Positions 1-9,135 of a stretch of 64,000 nt of DNA are shown piece by piece. A program made the translations under genes and the position numbers. Location of the stretch: NCBI GenBank assembly GCA_016125035.1, contig WGMN01000001.1:193526-257525 (forward strand), in the 5' to 3' direction. The notes under the pieces were generated by a model. That model had not been told where the DNA came from and ran no database searches. It worked only from the letters and a program-made list of their open reading frames with translations. The stretch's first letter is position 1, and the number at the start of each line of letters is the position of its first letter. The stretch is from Pseudomonadota bacterium. GTDB lineage: Bacteria; Pseudomonadota; Alphaproteobacteria; UBA2136; UBA6156.

Positions 1-251
1 CTGAAGGCCGAGAAGGTGGTGAAGCCGCCGAGCAGCCCGGTGACCACCAGGGCGCGGGCGGTGGCGGAGGGTTCTCCATGCAAAGCCCACAGTGAAACGA
101 TGAGGCCGAGGACGAAGGCACCGACCACGTTGACGGTGAGCGTGCCGTAAGGGAAAGCCTGGCCGGTGGCCCCCACCACCGCGCCCACCGTGAGGTGGCG
201 CAGCAGGCCGCCGAGGCCGGCACCGAGGAAAATGGCGAGGAGGGTGGGCAT
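1..251 (-). CDS. crcB: Fluoride ion channel CrcB/FluC. Partial: the C-terminus runs off the window edge.
   Basis: The minus-strand translation begins MPTLLAIFLGAGLGGLLRH...TVNVVGAFVLGL...GLLGGFTTFSAF, which carries the CrcB GGFTTFS motif. The ATG at 249-251 lies 1 nt after the stop of the upstream rnd-like gene. Confidence 0.7.
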   Translation of the reverse strand, partial: MPTLLAIFLGAGLGGLLRHLTVGAVVGATGQAFPYGTLTVNVVGAFVLGLIVSLWALHGEPSATARALVVTGLLGGFTTFSAF

Positions 252-252
252 G

Positions 253-876
253 TTAATGATGACTGAATACATCGGTTTCCGGCAGACCGGCGAGGTCCAT
301 CAGCACGCGGGTGGGGAGGTAATTAAGCGCGGCGAGCATGAACTCGTTACGGTTGGTCTGGGTGAGAAGCTCGGACAGTTTGGCGTAGAGGCCGTGCAGG
401 TAGAGGACATCGGAGGCGGCGTAGGCCTGCTGGGACTCGGTGAGTTCTTCCGCCGCCCAGTTGGACATCTGCTCTGTTTTGTCGAGCTCTACATCCAGGA
501 ACATTTTGCACAGGGTGCGCAGGTTGTGTTTGCCCTCGGTGGGGCGGGCCAGTTTGCTGGCGATCTTGGTGCAGAAGAAGGGTTCGATGGACGGCAGGCG
601 CAGGTGCTTTTGCAGCATGGCGAGATCGAACCGCGCATAGTGGAACAGCTTGGTGAGGCGCGGGTTGTTCAGCACCGCCACCAGGTTGGGAGAGTGGTAG
701 GCGGAATGGGGGCCGTATTTGACCAGCCAGACATTGCCCAGGCCATCGCCCACCTGGACCAGGCAGAGCCTGTCGGTTGTGAGTGACAGGCCGGTGGTTT
801 CGGTATCTATCGCCACCATGCCGGTGGGGAAATCTAGTCCGGCAGGGAGGTCTTCATGAACCAGGGTGATGGGCAT
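253..876 (-). CDS. rnd: RNase D-family 3'-5' exonuclease. Only the DEDDy exonuclease domain is present (207 aa, no HRDC domain).
   Basis: The AIDTETTGL exo I motif is present, together with a YAASDVLYL exo III-like motif. Overall similarity is to the RNase D catalytic domain. Confidence 0.7.
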   Translation of the reverse strand: MPITLVHEDLPAGLDFPTGMVAIDTETTGLSLTTDRLCLVQVGDGLGNVWLVKYGPHSAYHSPNLVAVLNNPRLTKLFHYARFDLAMLQKHLRLPSIEPFFCTKIASKLARPTEGKHNLRTLCKMFLDVELDKTEQMSNWAAEELTESQQAYAASDVLYLHGLYAKLSELLTQTNRNEFMLAALNYLPTRVLMDLAGLPETDVFSHH

Positions 877-879
877 GCG

Positions 880-1671
880 TTAGAGCACGTAGATGAAGAG
901 GAACAGGCCGATCCACACCACGTCGACGAAGTGCCAGTACCAGGCGGCGCCTTCGAAGTAGAAGTGGTTGTGGCGGGTGAAATCGCCCTTAGTGAGGCGC
1001 CAGTGCAGGAACATGAGCATCAGCGAGCCCAGCAGCACGTGGAAGCCGTGAAAGCCGGTGAGCATGAAGAACACCGTGCCGTAGACGCCGCTGGAGATGG
1101 TGTAGGCGGCGTGGTGATACTCGAACCCCTGGCAGAACAGGAAGATGATGCCCAGTTGCCAGGTGAGGAAGGTGAACAGCGTGGCATTGGCGCGGTGGTT
1201 GGTAAGCAGCGAGTGGTGCGCCATGGTGATGGTGGCGCCCGAGGTGAGCAATAGCAGCGTGTTGATGACCGGCAGGTCGATCGGCAGCGTTTTGATGTTG
1301 GCGGGTGGCCATTCCGGGTTGTGCATGCGCAGGAAGAAGTAGGCCGAGAAGAAGGCGGCGAAGAACATCACCTCGGACACGATGAAGAAGATCATGCCGT
1401 AGCGGTTGGCGAGATCGAGCACCAAAGGCACCATGCCGGCGCCGAAGCCGCGGTGGCGGGCCTCATTCACCAGCGTGAAGAACCACTGGAAGACCGCCAT
1501 GATGAGGATGAGCCCGCCCACACCCATGGCCAGGTTGCCGATGAGCGCCGGCTGCATGTGCAGGTGCGCGATGAAGCCCAAGGCGGCCAGCCCCGCGCCC
1601 AGGCAGGAGACAGGCGGCCAGATGGAACCGGTGGGGATGTAAAACTCGTGGTCGTGGTGGTGGGCTGACAT
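880..1671 (-). CDS. coxC: Cytochrome c oxidase subunit III.
   Basis: The N-terminus is MSAHHHDHEFYIPTGSIWP. The protein has 7 TM helices and the conserved FHGFHV, GAAWYWHFVDVVW and similar motifs. The internal ATG is preferred over the longer ORF start. Confidence 0.9.
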   Translation of the reverse strand: MSAHHHDHEFYIPTGSIWPPVSCLGAGLAALGFIAHLHMQPALIGNLAMGVGGLILIMAVFQWFFTLVNEARHRGFGAGMVPLVLDLANRYGMIFFIVSEVMFFAAFFSAYFFLRMHNPEWPPANIKTLPIDLPVINTLLLLTSGATITMAHHSLLTNHRANATLFTFLTWQLGIIFLFCQGFEYHHAAYTISSGVYGTVFFMLTGFHGFHVLLGSLMLMFLHWRLTKGDFTRHNHFYFEGAAWYWHFVDVVWIGLFLFIYVL

Positions 1672-1922
1672 GGGGGCTTTCTTCCGTTGGCACAAGGTTT
1701 AGCAGTTTTTGCGGGTTTTTCCAAGCGGGGGGAGGTGTTGGCCGTGGGTGGCGTTGCCGCCCTGCCAAACAGGGGGGCACCAGAGGGGGAAACTTGCGAT
1801 GAAGATGGTGTTTTGGCCACGGGGGAGCACCCTTGAAAAGGACCAAATACCGCAAGTTGGGCCAAAGGACGTGGCAGGCGGGAGAGAGCCATTTTAGCCT
1901 GAGGCATAACAAGAAAGTGAAG

Positions 1923-2735
1923 ATGATGACACGTACCCCCCTGCCCCGCCTGCTGTTTGCGGCGATGTTGTGCGCAACCACCTCTCTGGCCAGTGAAAAA
2001 AGCCACGATGACGGACACCCCGCCGCCGAGCCCAAGGTGGTGAAAATGGAAGATGCCGCCAAAGCCCACACCGCCCCGCATTGGAACTACGGCCCGCCCA
2101 ATTGGGGAGAGTTGGACCCGGCTTTTGCGATGTGCGGGGCAGGGAAGGCGCAGTCTCCGATAGATGTGGCGGTGGAAGGAGAGAAAGGTGGGGACAAGCC
2201 GGTGATGGCCTATAAGCCCACGCCGTTGACGGTGGTGAACAATGGCCACACCTTGCAGGTGACCTACCTGACCGGCAGCGAGCTGGTGTTGCGCGGCAAG
2301 AGCTATGAGCTGAAGCAATTCCACTTCCACACCCCCAGCGAGCACGTGGCGCACGGTAGCGCCGCGCCAATGGAAGTGCACCTGGTGCACAAGGACAAGG
2401 ATGGCAACCTGGCCGTGGTGGGCGTGATGTTTGAAGAAGGTGCGGAAAACCCGACGCTTGCCAAGATATTGGCCGTGGCGCCGCATGGTGAGGGCGAGGT
2501 GAGCGCCAAAGGTGTGGAGGTGGATGCCAGTGCGTGGCTGCCGGAAGGGACGGGGTTTGTGCGCTACAATGGATCGCTTACCACGCCGCCGTGCAGCGAG
2601 GGGGTGAAGTGGATGGTGGCCACCAAGCGTGTGCAAGCCAGTGCCGCGCAATTGGAGGCCATGCGCGCGATCATGAAAAATAATGCGCGGCCGGTGCAAC
2701 CGTTGAACGGGCGCATGGTGCTGGATGTGGAGTAG
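1923..2735 (+). CDS. Alpha-class carbonic anhydrase, periplasmic, with a signal peptide.
   Basis: A signal peptide MMTRTPLPRLLFAAMLCATTSLA is followed by the alpha-CA signature. This includes QSPIDV, FHFHTPSEH and the zinc-ligand histidines HLVH, plus a PPCSE motif. Confidence 0.9.
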   Translation: MMTRTPLPRLLFAAMLCATTSLASEKSHDDGHPAAEPKVVKMEDAAKAHTAPHWNYGPPNWGELDPAFAMCGAGKAQSPIDVAVEGEKGGDKPVMAYKPTPLTVVNNGHTLQVTYLTGSELVLRGKSYELKQFHFHTPSEHVAHGSAAPMEVHLVHKDKDGNLAVVGVMFEEGAENPTLAKILAVAPHGEGEVSAKGVEVDASAWLPEGTGFVRYNGSLTTPPCSEGVKWMVATKRVQASAAQLEAMRAIMKNNARPVQPLNGRMVLDVE

Positions 2736-2868
2736 GCGCTAGAGCGCCTGGTTGCGGTAAGCCGAGACCAAGGACAGGTGGGCGAGCCGTGGTTTGTGCC
2801 CGGGCTTTACCAGCCCGGCTTGGGGCATGCGGTTCAAGCGTCTTGGGGAAAGCGCTTGCCGGGCATGG

Positions 2869-3147
2869 CTAGTGGCTGGAGCCCTGCGCGGGTTGGTTGG
2901 CAAGGGCCGGGTTTTGGTACATGGGCAGTTTGGTGCCGGAGTATTGGTAGTCGATGCGGTCGCCGAACTCTTGCACGTAGGGCTGGGTGTGGGTGTGGCC
3001 CCAGCCGCCGAGGAAGGTGATGACACCAAAGAAATAGAGCACCGCGCCGCCGACGCCGATGGCCAGTGCCTTCATGAACCTGGAGAAGGTGCTGGTGTAG
3101 TGGGACTCTAGCTTTTCCTTATTATAATGCAGCTTGGGGGCGGACAT
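2869..3147 (-). CDS. Small membrane protein (92 aa), possibly an aa3-type oxidase subunit IV-like protein.
   Basis: It has a single TM helix (FSRFMKALAIGVGGAVLYFFGVITFLGG) whose hydrophobic pattern resembles bacterial CoxIV. It sits between coxA and coxC on the same strand. Confidence 0.35.
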   Translation of the reverse strand: MSAPKLHYNKEKLESHYTSTFSRFMKALAIGVGGAVLYFFGVITFLGGWGHTHTQPYVQEFGDRIDYQYSGTKLPMYQNPALANQPAQGSSH

Positions 3148-3152
3148 GGGGG

Positions 3153-3305
3153 TTACTCTCCGGTTTGGGTGAAGGGTGCGGGCGCCACGGGGGAGCTGCG
3201 CAGGAAGGGATAGGCGATAATGCTGCCGGCAAAGGCCAGCGCCACCGCGCCGAGAGCCAGCGCCAGGCGCAGGTTTTTGCGTTGTTGGGCGGCGGTGGGC
3301 TGCAT
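3153..3305 (-). CDS. Small TM protein (about 50 aa), translationally coupled to coxA.
   Basis: Its ATG lies 4 nt after the coxA stop (TAAGCCCATG). It has a single TM helix, LALALGAVALAFAGSIIAYPF. The longer 60-aa ORF start would overlap coxA. Confidence 0.3.
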   Translation of the reverse strand: MQPTAAQQRKNLRLALALGAVALAFAGSIIAYPFLRSSPVAPAPFTQTGE

Positions 3306-3309
3306 GGGC

Positions 3310-4929
3310 TTAGACCGTGGGCTTGGTTTTGGCATAGAGCTCGACCGGGTAGGCTTCGTCGTGGTTCCAGACCGGCAGTTTTTCGAAGTTATGCTCGTGG
3401 GGGGGAGAGCTGGTGTTGGTCCACTCCAGCGTGATGCCGCCCCAGGGGTTGGCGCCAGCCTTTTTGCCGTACTTGCGGCTGTAGAGGATGTTGATGACCA
3501 AGAGCAGCTGCGTGGTGCCGAAGATAAAGGCGCCCACCGAGCAGAGCATGTTGAGGTCGGCGTACACGGGGTTGTAGTCGGCGATGCGCCGCGGCATGCC
3601 CATCATGCCCAAAAAGTGCATGGGGAAGAAAGTGATGTTGACCGAGATGAACGACAGCCAGAAGTGCCAGCGGCCGATACGCTCGGACAGCAGGCGGCCG
3701 GACATTTTGGGGAACCAGTGGTAGATGGCCGCCATGATGCCGAAGTAGCTGCCGGTGACGAACACGTAGTGGATGTGCGCCACCACGTAGTAGGTGTCTT
3801 GCATCATGTAATCGACCGGAGCCGAGGCCAGCACCACGCCGGAGAGCCCGCCGATGGTGAAGAGGATGACGAAGCCGATGGCGAATTTCATCGCCGTGGT
3901 GAAGGCGATGGAACCGCCCCACATGGTGGCCATCCAGTTAAACACCTTGATGCCGGTGGGCACGGCGATGAACATGGTCATGATCATGAAGCCCATCTGC
4001 GCCGGGATGCTCATGCCCACGGAGTACATGTGGTGGGCCCAGACCATTTGCCCGAGCACCGCGATGGCCACCAGCGCCCACACCATGCTGTGGTAGCCGA
4101 AGGGCGGTTTGCGGCTGTGGGTGGAGATGATGTCGGACACCATACCGAAGACCGGGAGGATCATGATGTAGACCGCCGGGTGGGAGTAGAACCAGAAGAT
4201 GTGCTGGAAGAGCACAGGGTCGCCACCGCCGGCGGGGTTGAAGAAGGCGGTGCCGAAGTTACGATCGCACAGCAGCATGGTGACCGCGCCGGCGAGCACC
4301 GGGGTGGCCACCAGTTGCAGCCAGGCGGTGATGAGCATGGCCCAGGGGAACAACGGCATTTTGAACAGCGACATGCCAGGTGCACGCATGTTGAGGATGG
4401 TGACGATGAAGTTGATGGCGCCCAGGATGGAGCTGGCACCGGCGAGGTGGACGGCGAGGATCCACATGTCCATGCCCGCACCGGGCGAGAAGGCGGCGGA
4501 GGTGAGCGGAGGGTAGACCGTCCAGCCCGCGGCGTCGGACCCGCCGGGGACGAACAGGCTGCCGAGCATGAGCATGGCGGAGAACGGCATGATCCAGAAC
4601 GACCAGTTGTTGAGCCGGGGGAAGGCCATGTCTGGCGAGCCTATCATGATGGGGACGAAGTAGTTGCCAAAGCCGATGAGCCCCGGGATGATGGCGAAGA
4701 AGATCATGAACGTGGCGTGCATGGCCGTCATCTGGTTGAAGAACGCGCCGTCGACGAACTGGTAGCCGGGCTCGGCGAGCTCCGCCCGGATGACCAGCGC
4801 CATGCAGCCGGCCAGGAAGAAGAAGATCAGCGACGACATCATGTACATGCGGCCGATGTCTTTGTGGTTAACGGTGGTGAGGTAATACATGAAACCTTTG
4901 CGGGGAGTGGCGTGGGCGGCGGTGGCCAT
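3310..4929 (-). CDS. coxA: Cytochrome c oxidase subunit I (aa3-type).
   Basis: The protein is 539 aa with 12 TM helices. It carries the canonical heme/CuB ligand motifs, including WAHHMY, HHMF and GMPRR. Confidence 0.95.
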   Translation of the reverse strand: MATAAHATPRKGFMYYLTTVNHKDIGRMYMMSSLIFFFLAGCMALVIRAELAEPGYQFVDGAFFNQMTAMHATFMIFFAIIPGLIGFGNYFVPIMIGSPDMAFPRLNNWSFWIMPFSAMLMLGSLFVPGGSDAAGWTVYPPLTSAAFSPGAGMDMWILAVHLAGASSILGAINFIVTILNMRAPGMSLFKMPLFPWAMLITAWLQLVATPVLAGAVTMLLCDRNFGTAFFNPAGGGDPVLFQHIFWFYSHPAVYIMILPVFGMVSDIISTHSRKPPFGYHSMVWALVAIAVLGQMVWAHHMYSVGMSIPAQMGFMIMTMFIAVPTGIKVFNWMATMWGGSIAFTTAMKFAIGFVILFTIGGLSGVVLASAPVDYMMQDTYYVVAHIHYVFVTGSYFGIMAAIYHWFPKMSGRLLSERIGRWHFWLSFISVNITFFPMHFLGMMGMPRRIADYNPVYADLNMLCSVGAFIFGTTQLLLVINILYSRKYGKKAGANPWGGITLEWTNTSSPPHEHNFEKLPVWNHDEAYPVELYAKTKPTV

Positions 4930-4974
4930 GGAGTTGTTCCTTATATACTTGCGCGGTTTATAGCACGGCGGCGG

Positions 4975-5820
4975 TTAGGGTTGAAGAGGCGTTGACATAG
5001 AAATATCCAGTGCCGTGCGCAGGTGCGCGGGGATGGAAGGGGCATCCAGGATGGTGCTGTGGGTGGTGCCGGGGATGGGCATCACGGTGGCGCTGGTGAG
5101 GTGAGAAGCCAAGATTTCAATATGATGGGAGGGGATCAAGCCGTCGGTGGGGGCATACAGGATGGTGGTGCGGGCGCTGACGTGATCGATAATATCTTCT
5201 GTTGCCCAGGGATATTTGAGCAACCAGCGGACGGGCAGCCAGGGGTATTTCTCTTCAGCCAGGCGGCGGATGGAGGCCGGCGGGGCGACAAGCACCAGGT
5301 GGTTGAGCGGGCGCTGTGTGGCCAGCCAGGTGGCCACCGCGGTGCCCAGGCTGTAGCCCACCGCGTCGACTTGCGCCGGGTGCAGGCGCTGGTTGAAGGT
5401 ATCGTAGAGGAAGGCGGCGTCGCCCTTGAGTGAGGTCTCGGTGGGTTCGCCGGTGCTGCGCGCGCCAAAGGCGTTGGGGTAGCCACGGTAGGAGAAGCCC
5501 GCCACGGCGACCGAGCCCCCCGGGAAGACGGTGTTTTTGAGGAAGGCGGCGAAGCCCACCACGTCGTGCGCGTTGCCGCCGAAGGCCAGCACCAACGTGG
5601 GGCTGGGCGCGGTGGCGGGGAAGAACACGCCGTTGAGCTGGGTGCCGTCGGCGGTGGTGAGGGTGAGGTGCTCGAACGGTGCTGCTTCTTCCGAGGGGGG
5701 TGGCACGTGGTTGATGGTGCGGGGGAAGACGATGGCGTCTTGGTTAAGGTACAGTTTGCCGACGAACCCCAGCGGAATGAGCAACAGGACCAACAGGGCG
5801 AGGACGATACGGCGGAGCAT
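4975..5820 (-). CDS. Membrane-anchored alpha/beta hydrolase.
   Basis: There is an N-terminal TM helix, a GYSLG nucleophile elbow (GxSxG) and a C-terminal Asp/His region. It lies between cox11 and coxA on the same strand. Confidence 0.65.
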   Translation of the reverse strand: MLRRIVLALLVLLLIPLGFVGKLYLNQDAIVFPRTINHVPPPSEEAAPFEHLTLTTADGTQLNGVFFPATAPSPTLVLAFGGNAHDVVGFAAFLKNTVFPGGSVAVAGFSYRGYPNAFGARSTGEPTETSLKGDAAFLYDTFNQRLHPAQVDAVGYSLGTAVATWLATQRPLNHLVLVAPPASIRRLAEEKYPWLPVRWLLKYPWATEDIIDHVSARTTILYAPTDGLIPSHHIEILASHLTSATVMPIPGTTHSTILDAPSIPAHLRTALDISMSTPLQP

Positions 5821-6390
5821 TTAGGGGGCCTTCTTCTTGATGCGAGGATCGCCCGGCAGGGCCTCGAACAGAGTGTAGGAGAAGGTGATGGTGTGCACCC
5901 CTTCAGGCAGGTCGGGCGAGATGGTGAAGTACAGCGGCAGGCGCACGGTTTTTTGCGCCGGGTAGTGTTGTTGCTCGAAGCAGAAGCACTGCTGCAGCTC
6001 GACGTAGGGGGTGATGTCGATGTCTGGGTCTCCACCCATGCCGTAGAGCATGTGGATGGCGATGCCGTTAATGGGCTTGCTGCTGAGATTCTCGGCCTGG
6101 TAGGCGGTGAACACCGGCTCGCCCAGGTGCACCTTGAGGTTGTAGGCCACAGGTGTGAACTGGATGGGCACCCCCGTGTTGGTGTTGGCGGTAAAGCGCA
6201 CGGTGACGGTGCGGTTGGAAACCTGCGTGGGCACCACAGCGGTGGACTGCACCGCCACCGACGGAATAGCAATGCCGAAGTGCTGGCAGAACACCCGGTA
6301 GAGCGGCACCATGGCCGCCGTGAAGCACCCCATGGCGATGATGATGGCGATGAGGACGAAAAGCAGGCGGGTGTTTTTGTTAAGGGGCAA
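5821..6390 (-). CDS. ctaG: Cytochrome c oxidase assembly protein Cox11/CtaG (CuB insertion).
   Basis: It has an N-terminal TM helix, a YRVFCQHFG-type motif and the CFCF copper-binding motif. Confidence 0.85.
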   Translation of the reverse strand: MPLNKNTRLLFVLIAIIIAMGCFTAAMVPLYRVFCQHFGIAIPSVAVQSTAVVPTQVSNRTVTVRFTANTNTGVPIQFTPVAYNLKVHLGEPVFTAYQAENLSSKPINGIAIHMLYGMGGDPDIDITPYVELQQCFCFEQQHYPAQKTVRLPLYFTISPDLPEGVHTITFSYTLFEALPGDPRIKKKAP

Positions 6391-6392
6391 GA

Positions 6393-7277
6393 TTACATCC
6401 AGCTATCGATGACCATGGCGAGGAAGAGGAAGGCAAGGTAGTACAGGCTGCGGGTGAAGACAACTTGCGCGGCCTTGCGGTTTTGCGCGGTAGGTTGCGG
6501 CGCGTGGAGCAGCTTCCAGGCCGCAAGGCCCCACCACGCGGCCAGCACAGTGGCGGTGCCGACGTAAATGAAACCAAGCGGATGGAACAGCCCGCCCAAA
6601 AGCGTGACCGGAAAGAGTAGGGTAAGGTAGCGGACGATGGCCAGGCGGGTGGCGGACTCGCCATGCACCACCGGGTACATGGGCACGCCGGCGCGGGTGT
6701 AGTCGGCATTGGTGATGAGGGCCAGGGCCCAGAAGTGGGGAGGTGTCCACAGAAAAATGATGGCGAACATAAGCCAGGGCAACGGCGTGGAGACACCCCC
6801 CTGCACCGCCGCCCAGCCGACCAGCGGCGGGAAGGCGCCGGCTGCGCCGCCGATGACGATGTTCTGCACCGTATGGCGCTTGAGCAGCATGGTGTAAATG
6901 AACACGTAGAACAGCGCGCCGGAGAGCGCCATGGCCGCCGTGAGCGGGTTGACCACCAGTGCGGTGAGTGCGCCGATGACGATGAGGCTGGTGCCGAGCA
7001 TCAGGACGGAATGAGGTTGCCAGCGGCCGCGCGGGAGGGGGCGGTTTTTGGTGCGGTTCATCAGCGTGTCGATGTCGCGATCCCACCACATGTTGACCAT
7101 GTTGGCACCCGAGGCCGAGAGCACCAAACCCAGCGTGGAAAAGAACAAGTTGGTGAAAGTGAGCAGCTGGAAATTGCCCTTGGCCGCCACCAGCGCGCCG
7201 CACACGCAGGTGATGGCCAGCAGCAGGATGATGCGCGGCTTGGCGAGCTGGAGGAGATCGGTGACGAAGGCAGGCAT
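6393..7277 (-). CDS. ctaB: Protoheme IX farnesyltransferase (heme O synthase).
   Basis: The UbiA-family motifs NMWWDRDIDTLMNRTKNRPLP are present in a polytopic membrane protein. Confidence 0.9.
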   Translation of the reverse strand: MPAFVTDLLQLAKPRIILLLAITCVCGALVAAKGNFQLLTFTNLFFSTLGLVLSASGANMVNMWWDRDIDTLMNRTKNRPLPRGRWQPHSVLMLGTSLIVIGALTALVVNPLTAAMALSGALFYVFIYTMLLKRHTVQNIVIGGAAGAFPPLVGWAAVQGGVSTPLPWLMFAIIFLWTPPHFWALALITNADYTRAGVPMYPVVHGESATRLAIVRYLTLLFPVTLLGGLFHPLGFIYVGTATVLAAWWGLAAWKLLHAPQPTAQNRKAAQVVFTRSLYYLAFLFLAMVIDSWM

Positions 7278-7287
7278 GCGGCGCGCG

Positions 7288-8232
7288 TTAACGGCTGGGG
7301 TGAAAGCGCCCGGCGTTGCCGTAGCTTAAGTTAAGCACCGCGCCGATGGCGGCCAGCCACACCAGTGTGCCCCAAGCAAGGTGGGCGATGGACAGAGGCT
7401 GGTAAAAGGCCGGGTAGTTGGCAAAGCTGTAGAGCGTGGCGATGCCCAGCCCCACCTGCCCCCACACCATGATGTGCAGGTGCAGCGCCACCTTGCGCAG
7501 GTGTGGCGCGGCGCGCTTGGCCACCGAGATGAGCGAGATGGACAGCAGCATGGTGGCCAGCGCGAAGAAGCGATGCTGCATGTGGATGTGCTGGGCGGGA
7601 TCGGCCGGGAACCATTGGCCAGCGCACGAGAACAGCCCGCCGCAGACACCGCCGGCGTGGCCGGAACTGGTGAGAGCGCCCAGCACCATGGTGCACCACA
7701 CGAAGGCGGCGAAGGTGATGAGCAGGATGCGCATGGCCTTGGCGGTGGGTAGCGGCGTGGGCTTACCTTTGGCGGCGATGGCACGGCGCAGCCAGACGAG
7801 GGAAGCGAAGAACAGCATGGCGGTGCCCAGGTGCAGGGCGACGCTTAAAGGCGAATTGGCCTGAAAGATGGTGAAGGCGCCGAGAGAAATTTGCACGATG
7901 AGGGCGAGGGTGGCGGCGGCCAAGGGTTTGCGTTCATAAGCCGGGCGTTTGATGGCGAGGACGACCAGCGCCAGCATGAGGACGCCGATGGTGGCGGCCA
8001 GTGTGCGGTGCGACCACTCCAGCGCCACCTGCCACCATTGGTAATGCATGGCGCCGACGATGTAACCGCCGGGAATGGAGCTTTCTGGGAACGGGATATA
8101 TGCGCCGTAGCAATGGGGCCAATCCGGGCAGGACATGCCGGCATCAAACACGCGAGTGGCGCCGCCGATGACGATGAGCAGGTAGGTGAGGAGCAGCGTG
8201 ATGGCCGCCAGGCGGTGGTAGGGGAGGTTCAT
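7288..8232 (-). CDS. ctaA: Heme A synthase (COX15/CtaA).
   Basis: The protein contains GGATRVFDAGMSCPDWPHCYG and the conserved His pairs. The internal start MNLPYHRL at 8230-8232 was chosen because the longer ORF N-terminus is Pro/Ser-rich frame noise. Confidence 0.8.
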   Translation of the reverse strand: MNLPYHRLAAITLLLTYLLIVIGGATRVFDAGMSCPDWPHCYGAYIPFPESSIPGGYIVGAMHYQWWQVALEWSHRTLAATIGVLMLALVVLAIKRPAYERKPLAAATLALIVQISLGAFTIFQANSPLSVALHLGTAMLFFASLVWLRRAIAAKGKPTPLPTAKAMRILLITFAAFVWCTMVLGALTSSGHAGGVCGGLFSCAGQWFPADPAQHIHMQHRFFALATMLLSISLISVAKRAAPHLRKVALHLHIMVWGQVGLGIATLYSFANYPAFYQPLSIAHLAWGTLVWLAAIGAVLNLSYGNAGRFHPSR

Positions 8233-8287
8233 GGGGGCACCATAGCCGCGCGGGCGCGGTTGGGCAAGACAGCCCTTTACATACACG

Positions 8288-9127
8288 TTAGCGGCGGGGG
8301 TTGAGGAAGACGGTGGTGAGTTTGGAGGTGGGGTTGGCGAGTTGCGGGGCCACGGTTTTAAGCGAGACGGTGGCAGATTTTTCCAGCCCATAGGGCATAT
8401 TGAGGATGATGTTGCCGGTGCCGTGGGCGCCGGGCGGATTGGGGATGCGCCAGGCAAATTCAGCCAGCCAGGTGGCCGAGACCGCCAGCTGCTTGAGGCC
8501 TTCCACCAGCATGCGGTGCGGCTTGGTGGGCAGCAGCGGGTACCACACCATGATGGTGGCCTGGGGGTTGATGGCGAGGATGGTGTGGACGGTTTCAACC
8601 GTTTGCTCGTACTCGGTTTTGACCTCGTAGGAGGGGTCTATCAGCACCAGCGTGCGTTGGCCGCGGCGGATGAATTTGGGGATGGTGCCGTGGCCATCGG
8701 CCAGATGAAGGTGCAGGTTGGCGCGGTGGATGCCGGTTTTGAGGTGCTCGAACTCGCCGGGGTGGGCCTCGGCGAGATAAAGGTGGTCTTGCTCGCGCAG
8801 CAGGTGGGCGGCCACGCCGGGCGAGCCGGGGATGAGGCTAAGCGGGCCATGGCCATTATGCGCGGCAACGGTGAGGAGGTAGGGGTTCTCAGCCGGAAGG
8901 GTTTGCGGAATGGCCGGGTTGTAGACGCGGGCAAGGCCGGTTTGGAACTCCTTGAGTTTTTGCACCTCTTGCCCGTGGAGGGGGTAGAGGCCGCGACCGG
9001 CGTGGGTCTCGTACACATGTAAAGCCGCCGGCTTTTGCGTGAGCTGCGTGATGAGGTGCGCCCACAGCGTGTGCTTGAGGACATCGGCCGCGGAGCCGGC
9101 ATGGTAGGCGTGTTGGTAAGACAGCAT
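8288..9127 (-). CDS. rlmJ: 23S rRNA (adenine2030-N6)-methyltransferase.
   Basis: The N-terminus MLSYQHAYHAGSAADVLKHTLW matches the RlmJ signature. The internal ATG at 9125-9127 was chosen. Confidence 0.8.
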   Translation of the reverse strand: MLSYQHAYHAGSAADVLKHTLWAHLITQLTQKPAALHVYETHAGRGLYPLHGQEVQKLKEFQTGLARVYNPAIPQTLPAENPYLLTVAAHNGHGPLSLIPGSPGVAAHLLREQDHLYLAEAHPGEFEHLKTGIHRANLHLHLADGHGTIPKFIRRGQRTLVLIDPSYEVKTEYEQTVETVHTILAINPQATIMVWYPLLPTKPHRMLVEGLKQLAVSATWLAEFAWRIPNPPGAHGTGNIILNMPYGLEKSATVSLKTVAPQLANPTSKLTTVFLNPRR

Positions 9128-9135
9128 GGGCGCAC

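Noticed and set aside
3220-4995. Long plus-strand ORFs antisense to coxA. Similar cases are 11203-12996 antisense to the DEAD-box gene, 23277-25028 antisense to the fusion gene, and 5136-6272.
   Set aside because: Their translations are Gly/Arg/Ala/Pro-rich low-complexity sequence typical of wrong-frame ORFs in 65% GC DNA. The opposite-strand frames encode clearly recognisable conserved proteins.
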